Positions 52,807 through 64,000 of a stretch of 64,000 nucleotides of DNA are shown piece after piece. The position numbers were made by a program, and so were the translations under genes. A model generated the notes under the pieces. That model made no database searches, had not been told where the DNA came from, and saw nothing but the letters and a program-made list of their open reading frames with translations. Each line of letters starts with the position of its first letter. Positions within the stretch are counted from its first letter, which is position 1. Source of the DNA: Antedon mediterranea (lineage: Eukaryota; Animalia; Echinodermata); contig NC_092671.1 in NCBI RefSeq assembly GCF_964355755.1, forward strand, positions 24,068,070 to 24,132,069, in the 5' to 3' direction.

Positions 52807-53835
52807 CAGAGCCATATGAGGGGAGACTAGACACTCTTGATATCCCATCCACAATCGCTATTAGAGATTACTGTTCTATTTGTTTGCAATGTTTTACTTT
52901 ATCATCAAAGATCTATTATTTATAATTTACTCATAGTTAATAATCGTCATGATACTCTCACTTTCAAGCATCTTCGCTCCAGTAATGATATGTCAAAATT
53001 TTGCAATGAGATTCGTGATATTTTTGTTAATGGTTCTTTTATTAATTTTAAATTATCTCTAAAGCTATATTTTAAATGTCGGAGAGAAACTTTTTAAATT
53101 TTTAAATGAAATGATATGTCTACTATATTTGTATATATTCTTGTTATTTGTTATTTATGTGTTGGAGAGACACACCTTACCGGTGACAGCGTTTGTTTAA
53201 TGCTTTTGTCTTTCCTCTGCCTCGTGTCTTGTTTTTCATATATATATATATATTTTTATGTTTTTTTTGTAATTATTATTTTATGTTTATTGCCGAAATG
53301 AATAAAATAAAATAAAATAAATAATAAATAAATATATATAAAGAGTTACGGCATTGCGTTCACAGATTTAAGAAAGTCACATGAGGTGAACACCGGCCAT
53401 TTTTGTGTCCAACTATGCATGTAGAGTATGGAGTCGAGTCATTTGCTTAAAAAATGTATAACATTCACAAGGCTTTAAATATCAAATTTAATATCAAAAC
53501 AATCAATTTGTTTAAAGGTTTTTGTTAAGATAATAACGAAATCATAAAGTTACTGCGAACATGATTTTAAACAACAAAATGTAAAAACAATGCATTACTA
53601 TAGAGAATCGCTGTACAAACTAAACGTGCACGTGTATAGAGTGTGCATGGAGCGCACAGCCAGAGTCTTTCCGAAATTGCTATTTTTTTTACTTTATAAT
53701 TTTTTTATTATTTTAACAAAAACCTTTATTGTTTTGATATTAGTAAATTCGATAGTTAAAGCCTTTTGAACGTTATACATTTTCAAAACAAACATGGCTT
53801 CTGCTCCATTCAAACTCTTTATATATATGGCTCTG
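52807..53835. mobile_element. hAT-like MITE (8-bp TSD GTAACAGA) with a LINE-like 3' tail inserted in its left TIR
   Basis: gtaacaga|cagagccatat ... atatggctctg|gtaacaga; about 52818-53332 ends in (TAAAA)n; palindromic body 53335-53826. Confidence 0.75.
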
Positions 53836-53884
53836 GTAACAGAGAGTGATGCCCACCCTCAGTCTTAAGAGCGGCAGACTTGAT

Positions 53885-54114
53885 TTAAAGATGTATTGTC
53901 CCCCAAAAACATGAAAAATGAAGATTAATTAAATAAGATTATTTTGTAATTTTAATAATTTTAACATTTTTTGCTTTAAATTACAGTTTTCAGGTACATA
54001 CATTTCTTTAGATCCAATTTTTGGTCAAAGTGGATGATTATTATGTTACATTAAAATGGTATATTCAACAAAAATGTTCAGAATTATTTTGTCAGGGGGA
54101 CAATACATCTTTAA
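53885..54114. mobile_element. Short Kolobok-like MITE
   Basis: ttaa-agatgtattgtcccc ... ggggacaatacatct-ttaa. Confidence 0.75.
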
Positions 54115-54444
54115 TAGATATTATACATGTCACATTAAATAGAGTTATAATAATATATGTTGCAATTGTAAAACATTTTAATAACAATCTAGTGTACATT
54201 CACTTCTACAGAAAATTCTTTACCACTATGCTAAATTAGTTAATAAAGACCGAGCAGCAACAACAAAAATCAACCAAACGTTACTCAGCATGACCTATTC
54301 TTTGCCATTGCCGCATACTAATATACGCCCGGTAAATTAGGTATTGTTTTTATGATATAAATTAGTATAAAATACATGTTATTAATAGGATAAGTTTGAT
54401 TAACATTTATTTGTTTTACTGGAAACAAGTTAAATATAAAAATA

Positions 54445-54906
54445 ATGTGTGTGTGTGTCTTTGAACAGCCTGGAGGCCACAGTTTTCATCCGATTCTCAC
54501 CAAATTTGGCCACAATGATCTATGCCTCAAAAGCTCTGACGAGTTCAAAATTAAAGGGGAAAGGTCATATGTCAAGGTCACAACTAACAAAATGATTAAT
54601 GACTCATCATATAATTGTGGTTAAATTTTGAAGGGTCAGGGTCAAAGATCAAGGCCCACAAAAAACAAAAAAAGAAATAACAAAATAATAGTACAAAAAA
54701 AAACCCTCAGTGGGACTTGAACCAGCGATCTCAACTGTGAGAGGCTGGATACATAACCATTACACCAAAATCTCATCCACAACTTTGTAGTGTGCAGTTA
54801 GCCTATTTAAAAAATTTTAAAAATATATATATATTTTCCGGGGACATTTTTATGTAGGGGAATTTTACAGTAGGCGGAGGTTTGTACTCTCGTAGTACCC
54901 TCTAGT
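54445..54906 (+). mobile_element. HINE-like fragment containing an antisense tRNA-like segment
   Basis: (TG)n, ccgattctcaccaaatttgg core, 3' gtact-ctcgt-agtac..ctagttt; 54705-54768 is tRNA-like on minus (tggtgtaatggtt...ggttcaagtccc). Confidence 0.45.
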
Positions 54907-55169
54907 TTATTTATTTATTTTTTCTTTTGACTGGATTGCATTTTCAGTAACGCAGTACAGTACTGTTTTCCAAAATGGTCCAGTTACAAATTTAAAAGTA
55001 AAGAAAAATGAACATATTAAAATACAGAAAGATAAAAGCATAGTATAGTAGGCCTAGGCCTAATTTAAAAAATGTATTTTTCCAATTAGGTATTATTAAT
55101 GTTTTACAACTTTGGCTACGGGTGCATTTGAGGTGGAGGGAGTCATTAAACTTAAACATTGAGGACAAA

Positions 55170-55950
55170 TATGATGTGAATGGCCATAAATGCATTTGAA
55201 AGTTGTAAATAGTAGATGTTCTTTCATTTAGTGTAACCCAATTAAATGTTTTAAAAATATCATTTATTGGTGTATGTATACACTATCAGCGGATAACAGA
55301 ACTCTACCTAATCTATTTAATAATTTTTAAATTTTGATTTAAGTACAATTAGTCCATACAGCACTACAATAGTCAAACAATGGCATTACAAGAGAATTTG
55401 CCAGCATAATAGTTGTATGAGATGGCAAGTAGTATTTCACACACCGTATTACCCCTATTTGTTTAGAAACTTTTGATGATACACTATTTATTTGATCCTT
55501 CCATGTCAATTTAGGATCAAATATAACACCTACTTAAATGATTCCACTCCTTTAATGTTAGTTCCATTATCATCAATAACAAGTGAAATATCTTAAGTTA
55601 TTTAATAAGTGACTAGTACCAAATACCATAAGTTTATTTTTTAAACATTTAAAGTCAATCTGTTGTTATCTAACCATTTTGATATTTTAATAAAATTTGA
55701 ATTTAGATGGTTATGCAGAGTTATAGGATTTGAGGAGCTACATAAAGGAGTGTATCATCAGTGTACATAACACATTTACAATCAACAGCATCAAGAAGAG
55801 AATTTACATATATATAATAAATAACAAAGGACCTAAAATAGAGCCCTGTGGAATTCCAATGTCAATTTCTCTTAAATCAGATATTGAACTATTTACATTT
55901 ACAACTTGTGATCTATAAGTTATAACTTAGATATGAAGTAAACCAGTGGC
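55170..55950 (-). mobile_element. CR1/L2-like LINE RT fragment, decayed
   Basis: Minus strand GIPQGSILGPLLFIIYVN, YTDDT, GVIFDPKLTWKDQI. Confidence 0.8.
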
Positions 55951-57439
55951 AGCAGCAGTGCTAAAACCTAGGTTATAGGTATGTACGGTACACTTTACTT
56001 CCCTGTTCCTTGTTAACTTAACTCCCACCGCCGACTAGTTCTAGTCCGGTGCCAATCTGGGTATTGTCGGTTTATACAGGTAAGCTAGGCACGAAATAGA
56101 CTGTAGCTTAAGAATAAAAGTCCTCCTTCATATGTTTGCGGTACATCAATGTTCAAACATAGCCGCGCCTATACGTATTATAAATTTGCTATATAAAATG
56201 TCATGGATTGTTTGAGCCATATTTAGTATTGCTCGAAATATTAATGTCAAAATTAGCATGTGAATTTTAGTATTTTTTTTTACAGTATACGATTTTTTTG
56301 TTATTTTTGGCCTGTATTTAGTGACCTTTAACCCCAAATCAAAGCAATAATTTTATTTCTACTGCCTAATATGGTTAATAACAGATAAAAATGTCATGCA
56401 GTATCAAATCCACTGCTTTTTTCTAATAATAAGGGTGTTTTCCGATCGCGGTATACACTGTCTAATGGATGTCAATACTGAAACACAATAATACGAGGAT
56501 GCTTCGTATGAGTCCTTTCACAGTAAACCAACACATAAAGGTGTATTTTTCATATACTGAATACACTAAAAAAATATGATAGCATTTTTTTATTTTTTTA
56601 TTACGGTATGTCATTTATGTATATATAAAATAGAATTAATGTTCTTTGCCTGATGTGTTTTTTTTTTCGATCCAATTTATGGTCAAAGTGGTATATTAGG
56701 TGACACTAAAATGGCATATTCAACAAAAAATGTTTTAAGAATTATTTTTTCAGGGGACAATACATCTTTAATGATTCCTTGGCAATAAAATAATCACTAG
56801 CCTAGGTCGTTTAAATAATAACAGAAGAATTTCCACCAATAAGCCTACATTAATAATAATAATATTATTATCAGGTAGGCCAAATAAATAATAATTCGTC
56901 TTCTCCGTGCCGAATCACCGGATGTTCACCACGTCGCGCGCGTACTGAGTTACTACAGTGAGTATTAACCAATCACAAATGGTCTTTCATCACATCTAGG
57001 AAGGACTAATAACAAAGAGGGCACTATGTATGCATAGTTTAAATAGTTTAGTTGATTTATTTCTTCAAGCAAGTTCCGTGGCGCAGTGCATAAAGAGTTG
57101 TCTTGCGATGGAGTGACAATTTCATCGCAAGTTCAAGTCCTAGTAGATGACTTTTGTTTATTTATTGCCAAACGCTAGTGTTGCCACACGAAAATTAGTT
57201 AGTCAATATCTTGTACTCGAGAAATATCATCGTACTTGAGAATTTGCTGGATTTTATATGTTTAATGACAGGGACACGATAATTACGGCAAAATTACTCG
57301 GTCAATATCAACGTACTCGAGGATATATACGATTTACGATCCTCGCAGCAGTAGTCATGTGATGCAGTTTCAACAAATCATGTTCACATATTTACATAGG
57401 CTATGTAATATAATATTATAGTTTATACAGATATTGCCT

Positions 57440-58099
57440 GGGATGTCAAATCTTATATTTTACCAATATAAAAGGCGATATCTGTATTATATAGCCAACA
57501 ACAAGTAGAATATCTGCTGGGTCGGGTAGCTAGGCGCCTCTGTAGCAGCCTCATAATACTGTTAATAATCAGTATGGGTGGTTTTCATGGAACTTTATAT
57601 ATATATATTAAATTACTCTACCAGAGTGGTTATTGTTCATCTATTTAGATCTCAAACTTATTCACTTAATTTATAAATCATACTGTTATTTTACATTATA
57701 TTAGTAGTTGTTTCTTTTATACCGTTGCATCAACAACAATTGCTAAACCTCCTGTTTGTATTGTATGAAAATAAGCCTGCGTAGACACCTTACCTTGCGA
57801 AGAAATTAATTATATTCTTTAGCAATAAAATATTCACTTAGGCCTAGGTCGAAGAATTTCCATCAATAAGCCTATTTGTCTTCTTCGAGCCGAATCACCA
57901 GGTGTTCAGCGTGCCGCACCAGGTTAATACCATGATTATTGACCAATCACAAACGCAGCGGGTTATCCTAACTAGGCAGGCTTTACAGAGGAGGCCTAGC
58001 TAAACCCGACCCAGCAGTAGATATTCAATTTGTTGTTGGCTATGTAATATAACAGATATTGCCTTTTATATAGGAAAAAAATAGAAGATTTGACAACCA
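57440..58099. mobile_element. Non-autonomous TIR element
   Basis: About 100-bp inverted ends (tgtcaaatctt..tagccaacaacaa..ctgctgggtcggg versus cccgacccagcag..ttgttgttggcta..aagatttgaca). Confidence 0.55.
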
Positions 58100-58935
58100 A
58101 GAAAATTGAACTTAAAAATTAAGAAAAATTAATATGCTGTGTATTATGAAGAAATTTGTTGTTTTTAGTAATTTACAATTAAGGGGTAGGCGGTAACATT
58201 TTTGCGAATAACAATTTAGTTAACAGATTTGCATTTTCTTGTTATTAGTATGTAGTGTATAGATTGTTGTAATATACTTTTTTTAAATGAATCCAGCATT
58301 TATTGACATCTTTAGAGGTCAAAAGGTCACTGACTGACCAAAAATGCAATTTCTTCTAAATTGGGTAATAAATTCCAATTTAGATATCTTATGCAAACAA
58401 ATGTTTTTGTAAACCTATAGACACAATAAATAAGAAAATTGAAGTTAACATTTTTTCAAAATTGAATATGTGCATTATAAATAAATTTGTTCGTCATTAG
58501 TAATCGTTTACAATAATGGGGTAGGGGATAACATTTTTGCAAATAACTTAAGATTTAGTTAACAGATTTGCATTTTCATGTTATCATTATGTTGTGTATG
58601 GATTTCTTTATTGTAATATAATTTTTCAAAATAATTCGAACATCTATTTACTTCTTTAGAGGTCAAATGGTCTATGACCTTAAATCAAATATGCAATTTC
58701 TTCTAAATTAACTTATACATTTCAATTTTAAACACAAACTTATAAGAGATCTTATGTTAATGTTTTCCTAAACCTAAAGACACAATGAACAAGAAAATTG
58801 AAATTAAACAAATATTCTGTGAATTTATGAAGACATTTTGTCCGTTAATAATAATTTGTTATTAACAATTATAGGGTAAGTGGTAACATTGTTTCTAATA
58901 TCTTTGTATTTAGTGATCAAATTTACATTTCTGTT
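58098..58935. repeat. Diverged tandem repeat, ~335-360-bp unit, ~2.5 copies
   Basis: aagaaaattgaa recurs at about 58099, 58432 and 58791 with collinear downstream sequence. Confidence 0.7.
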
Positions 58936-59457
58936 TTTATGTCTGTTTTGTATTTTAATGTTCTTTTCAATTCAATTGTAAATTTTGATGCAATACAGTT
59001 CTTTACTGTAATATCAATATAAGATGTTTTTATATATACCAAAATAAAATAATAATAAAAAAATGATGCCGAATATTATAATCTTAAACTATGTTTACAA
59101 ATTGTCATTTTTTAAGGCACACATCTTTTTCCTAGACCTGTAAAATAAAAAATAAAAACAATTTAATTTTTAATAATAAATATTCATCGACCAAAAGCAA
59201 AATATGCAAAAAAATAATCTAGGTCCTAGCATATTATCGCGACCTAAATTAAACATGGACGATTTCGAATGTGATCAATATCGTAAAAATCGGAGAGACT
59301 CTGGTGGGGTTTCCACTTCTTGAGCCGGTGCGTTGTAGTGCGACCGCTGAGTAATTACGTCGGTGCTTCCTCTCTGATGGGAGCATTGCCAATCGATGCC
59401 GAAACTACAAGACAGGGCTTCCCCTTTTATGTCTACACGTTCTGTGCTATTATACTC

Positions 59458-59640
59458 TGAGTGAGTGGCCAAGCTGTTAAGACAGTGGAACCATAATAAC
59501 TTGCCATATTAACGTCGGCAAGGTTCGAGCCTCACTCGCTCCATGGTTCTGGTGGTAGAAGGAGTCTTCTCGGATAAACCTAGTACATCTTTTGAGACGA
59601 GTAGGGGTTACCCTGGTGTACTAGTATACACACAGCCACT
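59458..59640 (+). mobile_element. Deu/Nin-like SINE, internally deleted copy
   Basis: Matches the reverse complement of 46680-46918. Confidence 0.75.
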
Positions 59641-59866
59641 GTCGGCATACGCTGTTTAGGGTCACCCTCTATAAATAAGGTGTAATTTTTAAAAATAACA
59701 GAATATGAATCTTGGACGATTCTGCTGAGGTTTGTTGAGTCAAATTCTCATAATAGAACGTTTTTTAATCTTTTGAGTGCATTTTTATACATTAATTTAG
59801 GTAATTTGTGATATTTATTTCTACTTCTTCTATTTTTCTTTTAGATACTTAACTGTAATTGTTCAG

Positions 59867-60322
59867 ATGGCCAGCTCAATCTTTACCAAATTAAGCACTG
59901 CTCTCAAATATTCTGTTTTGGGTTACTGCTCAATGCACTGTATATCTGAATACTTACTTGATTTTACATGGTGCTCAGGACCTTCTATGCAACCAACAAT
60001 TTCTCAAGATGATATATTACTTACTGAACACATTGGTATATATTTCTTTCAAAATATTCACAGAGGAGATATTGTTATTCTACGGTCACCATATGATCCA
60101 ACAAAATTGATGTGTAAACGAGTAATAAAGATTGCATATGATGAAATTCCAACATCTTCATCAATGGACATTCAGTTTGTACCTAAGGGACATGTGTGGT
60201 TGGAAGGGGACAATAAAAAAAACTCAACGGATTCTAAAGTCCTAGGTCCAATTCCTGTTGGTCTTTTAAAAAGTCGTGCTATATTTAGAGTCTGGCCTAA
60301 AGATAGAATTGGTTTGATATAA
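59867..60322 (+). CDS. IMMP1L: Mitochondrial inner membrane protease subunit 1 (peptidase S26), intronless CDS
   Basis: Catalytic Ser box GPSMQPT, RGDIVILRSP, catalytic Lys in CKRV, VPKGHVWLEGDN..NSTDS..GPIP.GL; pyrimidine tract and AG acceptor(s) at 59843-59844 and 59865-59866 imply an upstream 5'UTR exon. Confidence 0.9.
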   Translation: MASSIFTKLSTALKYSVLGYCSMHCISEYLLDFTWCSGPSMQPTISQDDILLTEHIGIYFFQNIHRGDIVILRSPYDPTKLMCKRVIKIAYDEIPTSSSMDIQFVPKGHVWLEGDNKKNSTDSKVLGPIPVGLLKSRAIFRVWPKDRIGLI

Positions 60323-60753
60323 CTGTGCTGTATCATGAATATATAGAACTTCTTCCTACACTCTCTCTGTTCAGCTGAGCACCAAGCAGAATATAAACTT
60401 TCCACACATAGAAACTTATTAAAGTATGATTCACACTACAGTATCATGGCTAACCTGTTTATTGTCAAAAATGTTTTTTTTAAATTTTGATACTTTGTCG
60501 GCCATAATTATTTAAAGATTATATTTACATGATTTACCCGAAAAAACTGTACTGTAAAGCAAAAATAGTCAAATTGTCTGTCAGACAAAGGTTTATGGTT
60601 AAATTTAACTGTTTATTTTGTCTTAATTTATCATTTCAGTGGAATTAAATAACAATATGGCAAGCAGATTGTTTGTGCACCTGACGTTTATTGAATATGT
60701 TGCTTTGAATTCAATTTCTTTCAGGTAAATACTTTTTGTGGACCAATTAAAAT

Positions 60754-61251
60754 GGGGTGTCTAGAAAACTCAGATCTCAGATATATCTGAGTTTTCTAGA
60801 TCTAGACCCGAAGAGTAGGCCTGGTCCTACAGTACTAGACTAGAAGTGGTCAACTCGTACCCAAAATAACTTGTACCTATTCCCAACTTGGCTAACTTGT
60901 ACCTCAACCAACTCGTACCCACACCAACTCGTACATGCCTTATTTTTAAGTCTACATTTTAACGGTAACATGCACTGTATTTTCTTTATGATTTAAGCTG
61001 TAGGCTGTTTCTACATGTTACAATATTAGTAAGAAAACGTACACAGTAATCAGTTTTAATAATATTCTAGTATTTCAAATTACCTACCTGCTGATTAATA
61101 ATGGAACGATCCAAATGACCTACCAACTAATGAAATGATGATCTGAGTTTTCTAGTTCCATTTTGGAACTAGAAAAGTCAGATATTGATATCTGAGTTTT
61201 CTAGATCGAGAAAACTCAGATATATCTGAGATCTGAGTTTTGTAGACACCC
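60754..61251. mobile_element. MITE with 8-bp TSD ATTAAAAT and GGGTGTC termini
   Basis: attaaaat|ggggtgtctagaaaactcagat ... atctgagttttgtagacaccc|attaaaat; internal aactcgtacc repeats; sits in a Kolobok-MITE remnant. Confidence 0.7.
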
Positions 61252-62249
61252 ATTAAAATGGCATATATTTAGCAAAAAAAATCATTCTTTCAGGGGACAA
61301 TATGTATTTAAATATTGAAATCAAACATGGTCATATCAAATGTTTTTCTGTGTCCACGGTCCGTCTGTGTCTATATGCCATATATTTTTATCAACAAATA
61401 TAGTCTGGTAGTTGAACCAAAAGTATAGGCCTACTGTAATTAATATGATTGTATATCTTGGCAGCTTCTAACTGTAGAGGCATGTGCGCAAATTTGAGTT
61501 AGTGTTTACCGACCGACCGACATAGTGAGCTATAGAGTCGCATTTGCATGCAACTAAAAAATATTTACCTCAAAATAATTTTATCTATATATTAATTCTA
61601 CTCAATTTTTCGCGTATTACTTATCTCCTCTGAAACAGTAACAGTAATTTGACGTCTCAACGACCATGTTACGTCACTGTATAAACTACGCAACCTCCTC
61701 TGTTGTGTACCGCCCTGGCCGGATCTTCTGCCGGGCCGCCAAATTAAAATAGTGTTTAGTCTTGGCAGCCGGTCAATTGAAGTTTTAATTAATGACACCT
61801 ATCTATTGAACAGAATGATTTTCGTAAATCACAGTTTGGCTCAGTGAGTAAAACGCGGTGGCTATTGATATCATTTTTAACCTGTTCGTATAGCGTTATT
61901 TAAGTTGGAATTGACTCAAATTTGGTGAATATACTAAGGATGGCGAGTAGAATGCAATTTTTTACGCTTTCTAAATAACGCATGCAAAACGTGTTTGTGC
62001 TCAGTCATTTTTTGGCTAATGGCCTAATTCATGCTCTAAATTGATCAAAACATAATTTTGAGCTTTTTTAATTGTTAATGCATGATTTCACTGCATGACA
62101 TTGGGACGCATTTTTATTTGCTAATATTTAACCCTTTATGCACTGTTTTAGTTATATATATTTTTGTGTGGAGATTTGATGAACAATGTATAAAGTTAAT
62201 ATTTTATGGAACTATGCTATGTTTGGTGTTTTAACTGTTTTAATATGGA

Positions 62250-63800
62250 GGGACCAATAGCGGAGAGGTGCGGCCATTGTTAACGTACAGCAGAGAATTT
62301 CTCTAAGTAAACGTGACTTAAATACTATACATTCTTTTGCAACAGCCCCACATAGGTGGTACATTAACACTGCCATTTAATTCACATGCCTATATGTGAA
62401 TGCGTGTTATTCCATAGGAATATCTGTAGATAAACCAACCAACTAAGAGCGAATGTAAAGTTCTTAACGGTTTTTCGGGAGTCGAGCATGACTTGTTTGT
62501 CAGAAACATGGCTGATGGATAATGATTCAGTTGATCTTGACGAATACACATTGATTAGAATGGATAAAATGAAAATTCAGGTAAAAACAAAGGAGATGGT
62601 GTGTGTGCTTATGTAAGTGAAAAATATTGCAAACCATCGCATATTACTGTAAGGAGTGAAGTATGTAATAAGGACATTGAATTGCTTGCGATTGATATGC
62701 GCCCATATTACCTCCCAAGGGAGATACATTAAGTGAAGGTATTTGTGGTTTATATCCCACTATCAGCAGACATTAATATAGCAGCAAGCACAGTACTGTA
62801 TGATCTCATTTCTGAAGGGGATTTCAAACAAACAACATTTCTGAATGCAAAAAGGAATATAAAAATAAAATTAAAAGGTCCTTCCGAAATCGTGACTCAT
62901 CTAAGGTTTGGCAAGGTATGCAGAATATTACTGGTTATAAACCGAAGGCAAAGGGTGTTGTTGTTGACAATGAAAAGAAATATGCAAATTATTTAAATGC
63001 CTTCTGCAACAGATTTGATAAAGTTGAGGGAAACAACAAAACACGTTGGTGAACTACCAGTACACCCAGACAATTTTCAAATCACTGTGGAAAAAGTGAA
63101 CTTATTATTTAAAAACTTAACTTAAAAACTTAATATTAGTTTAAGACTCTTAAAATGTGTGCATATCAGTTGGCCATTCCTCTTTGTAAACTTTTTCAAT
63201 CCTCTGTAAATGACTCAATAGTTCCAATGTTGTGGAAAAAATCAATAATCATGCCCATTCCCCAAAAACCAAATCCCAAGGAAATTAATGACCTGTGGTC
63301 CTTACATGTGTACCAATTAAATTGTTAAAAGTAGGCTAGTTGCCTCAGTGGAGAATCTGCTAGATATAAATCAATTTGCATATTGTCCAAACAGGTGTGT
63401 TGAGGATGCAGTGCTTCTGCTCCTTAATAATGTTTCTGAAAAGGTTGCTTTTCGAGAATTTTTGTTGTTGATTTATCAAGTGTATTTAATAATATTTAAC
63501 CACATGTTCTGACTAACAAGCTTATCAATTATTATAATCACTGATTATAAAATGGTTACTTAATTGTTTAAAAGATAGATAAAGCACGTTAACTAAATTA
63601 CACGTTGTCCTCGTTTTTGAAAGTTAACACTGGTATTCCACAAGGTTGTGTGTTGTCACCTTTATTGTATACAATATACACTAATGATTGTAAGTCAAAT
63701 AATAAAAAAACTGATATTATTACGCAAATTAAACTCTTTTAAAATTGACCGTACTATTTTACAAATTTTTTATACTTCTATCTTAAAGAGTGTACTGTAC
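62250..63800 (+). mobile_element. Rex1/Babar-like LINE ORF2 remnant
   Basis: APE-like GKNKGDGVCAYV and RPYYLPRE; RT WKKSIIMPIP, QFAY, VEDA, NTGIPQGCVLSPLLY; many disruptions. Confidence 0.8.
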
Positions 63801-63931
63801 TATATATATACACTATATATAAACACATTAGGCAATGAACATTAATTCGAAACCGCCCGGTGATATACTGAAATTTAATTAATTAATTTGAAACGATAAA
63901 GATGAGGAAATCTGTGAGAATGAGAAAAAGT

Positions 63932-64000
63932 CGCCCCAACCGAGACTCGAACTCGGACCGCCTGCTTGATATGCAGATGTCCTAACCATTAGACCACTGG
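63932..64000 (-). other. tRNA-like sequence (tRNA-derived repeat head or pseudo-tRNA), truncated by the window end
   Basis: ccagtggtctaatggttaggacatctgcatatcaagcaggcggtccgagttcgagtctcggttggggcg then TTTTT; 3' flank tttttctcattctcac shared with about 20309-20330. Confidence 0.5.

Noticed and set aside
57073-57155. Possible tRNA gene
   Set aside because: A/B-box-like motifs only, no convincing cloverleaf; probably a decayed tRNA-derived repeat.

Overview
AT-rich, repeat-dense animal genomic DNA with spliceosomal introns. A marine invertebrate deuterostome such as an echinoderm is plausible from a Deu/Nin-type SINE, but that is inference. Two genes could be reconstructed by hand. (1) A complete 8-coding-exon MYLIP/IDOL (FERM + C-terminal RING E3 ligase) on the minus strand, 51338->15764: 1494 nt, 497 aa, all GT-AG junctions in frame. 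(2) An IMMP1L-type mitochondrial inner membrane peptidase with an intronless CDS on the plus strand (59867-60322), probably head-to-head with MYLIP. A signal-peptide first exon of a third, unidentified secreted-protein gene lies at 5603->5537 (-). Most of the remainder is transposon-derived: nested non-autonomous Helitrons (including a self-insertion and a head-to-tail junction), Helentron/HINE-like elements, Kolobok-, piggyBac-, hAT-, MULE- and Harbinger-like MITEs with readable TSDs, a 2.4-kb foldback palindrome, a deleted DIRS1-like retrotransposon, decayed FLYWCH-MULE and hAT transposases, LINE fragments (CR1/L2, Rex1, others), tRNA-derived SINEs and tandem arrays. I see no CRISPR or prokaryotic system and no clearly novel protein-coding system. 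The most interesting signals are in TE architecture and how it touches MYLIP. All calls come from manual reading and recalled family motifs; no database searches were run.
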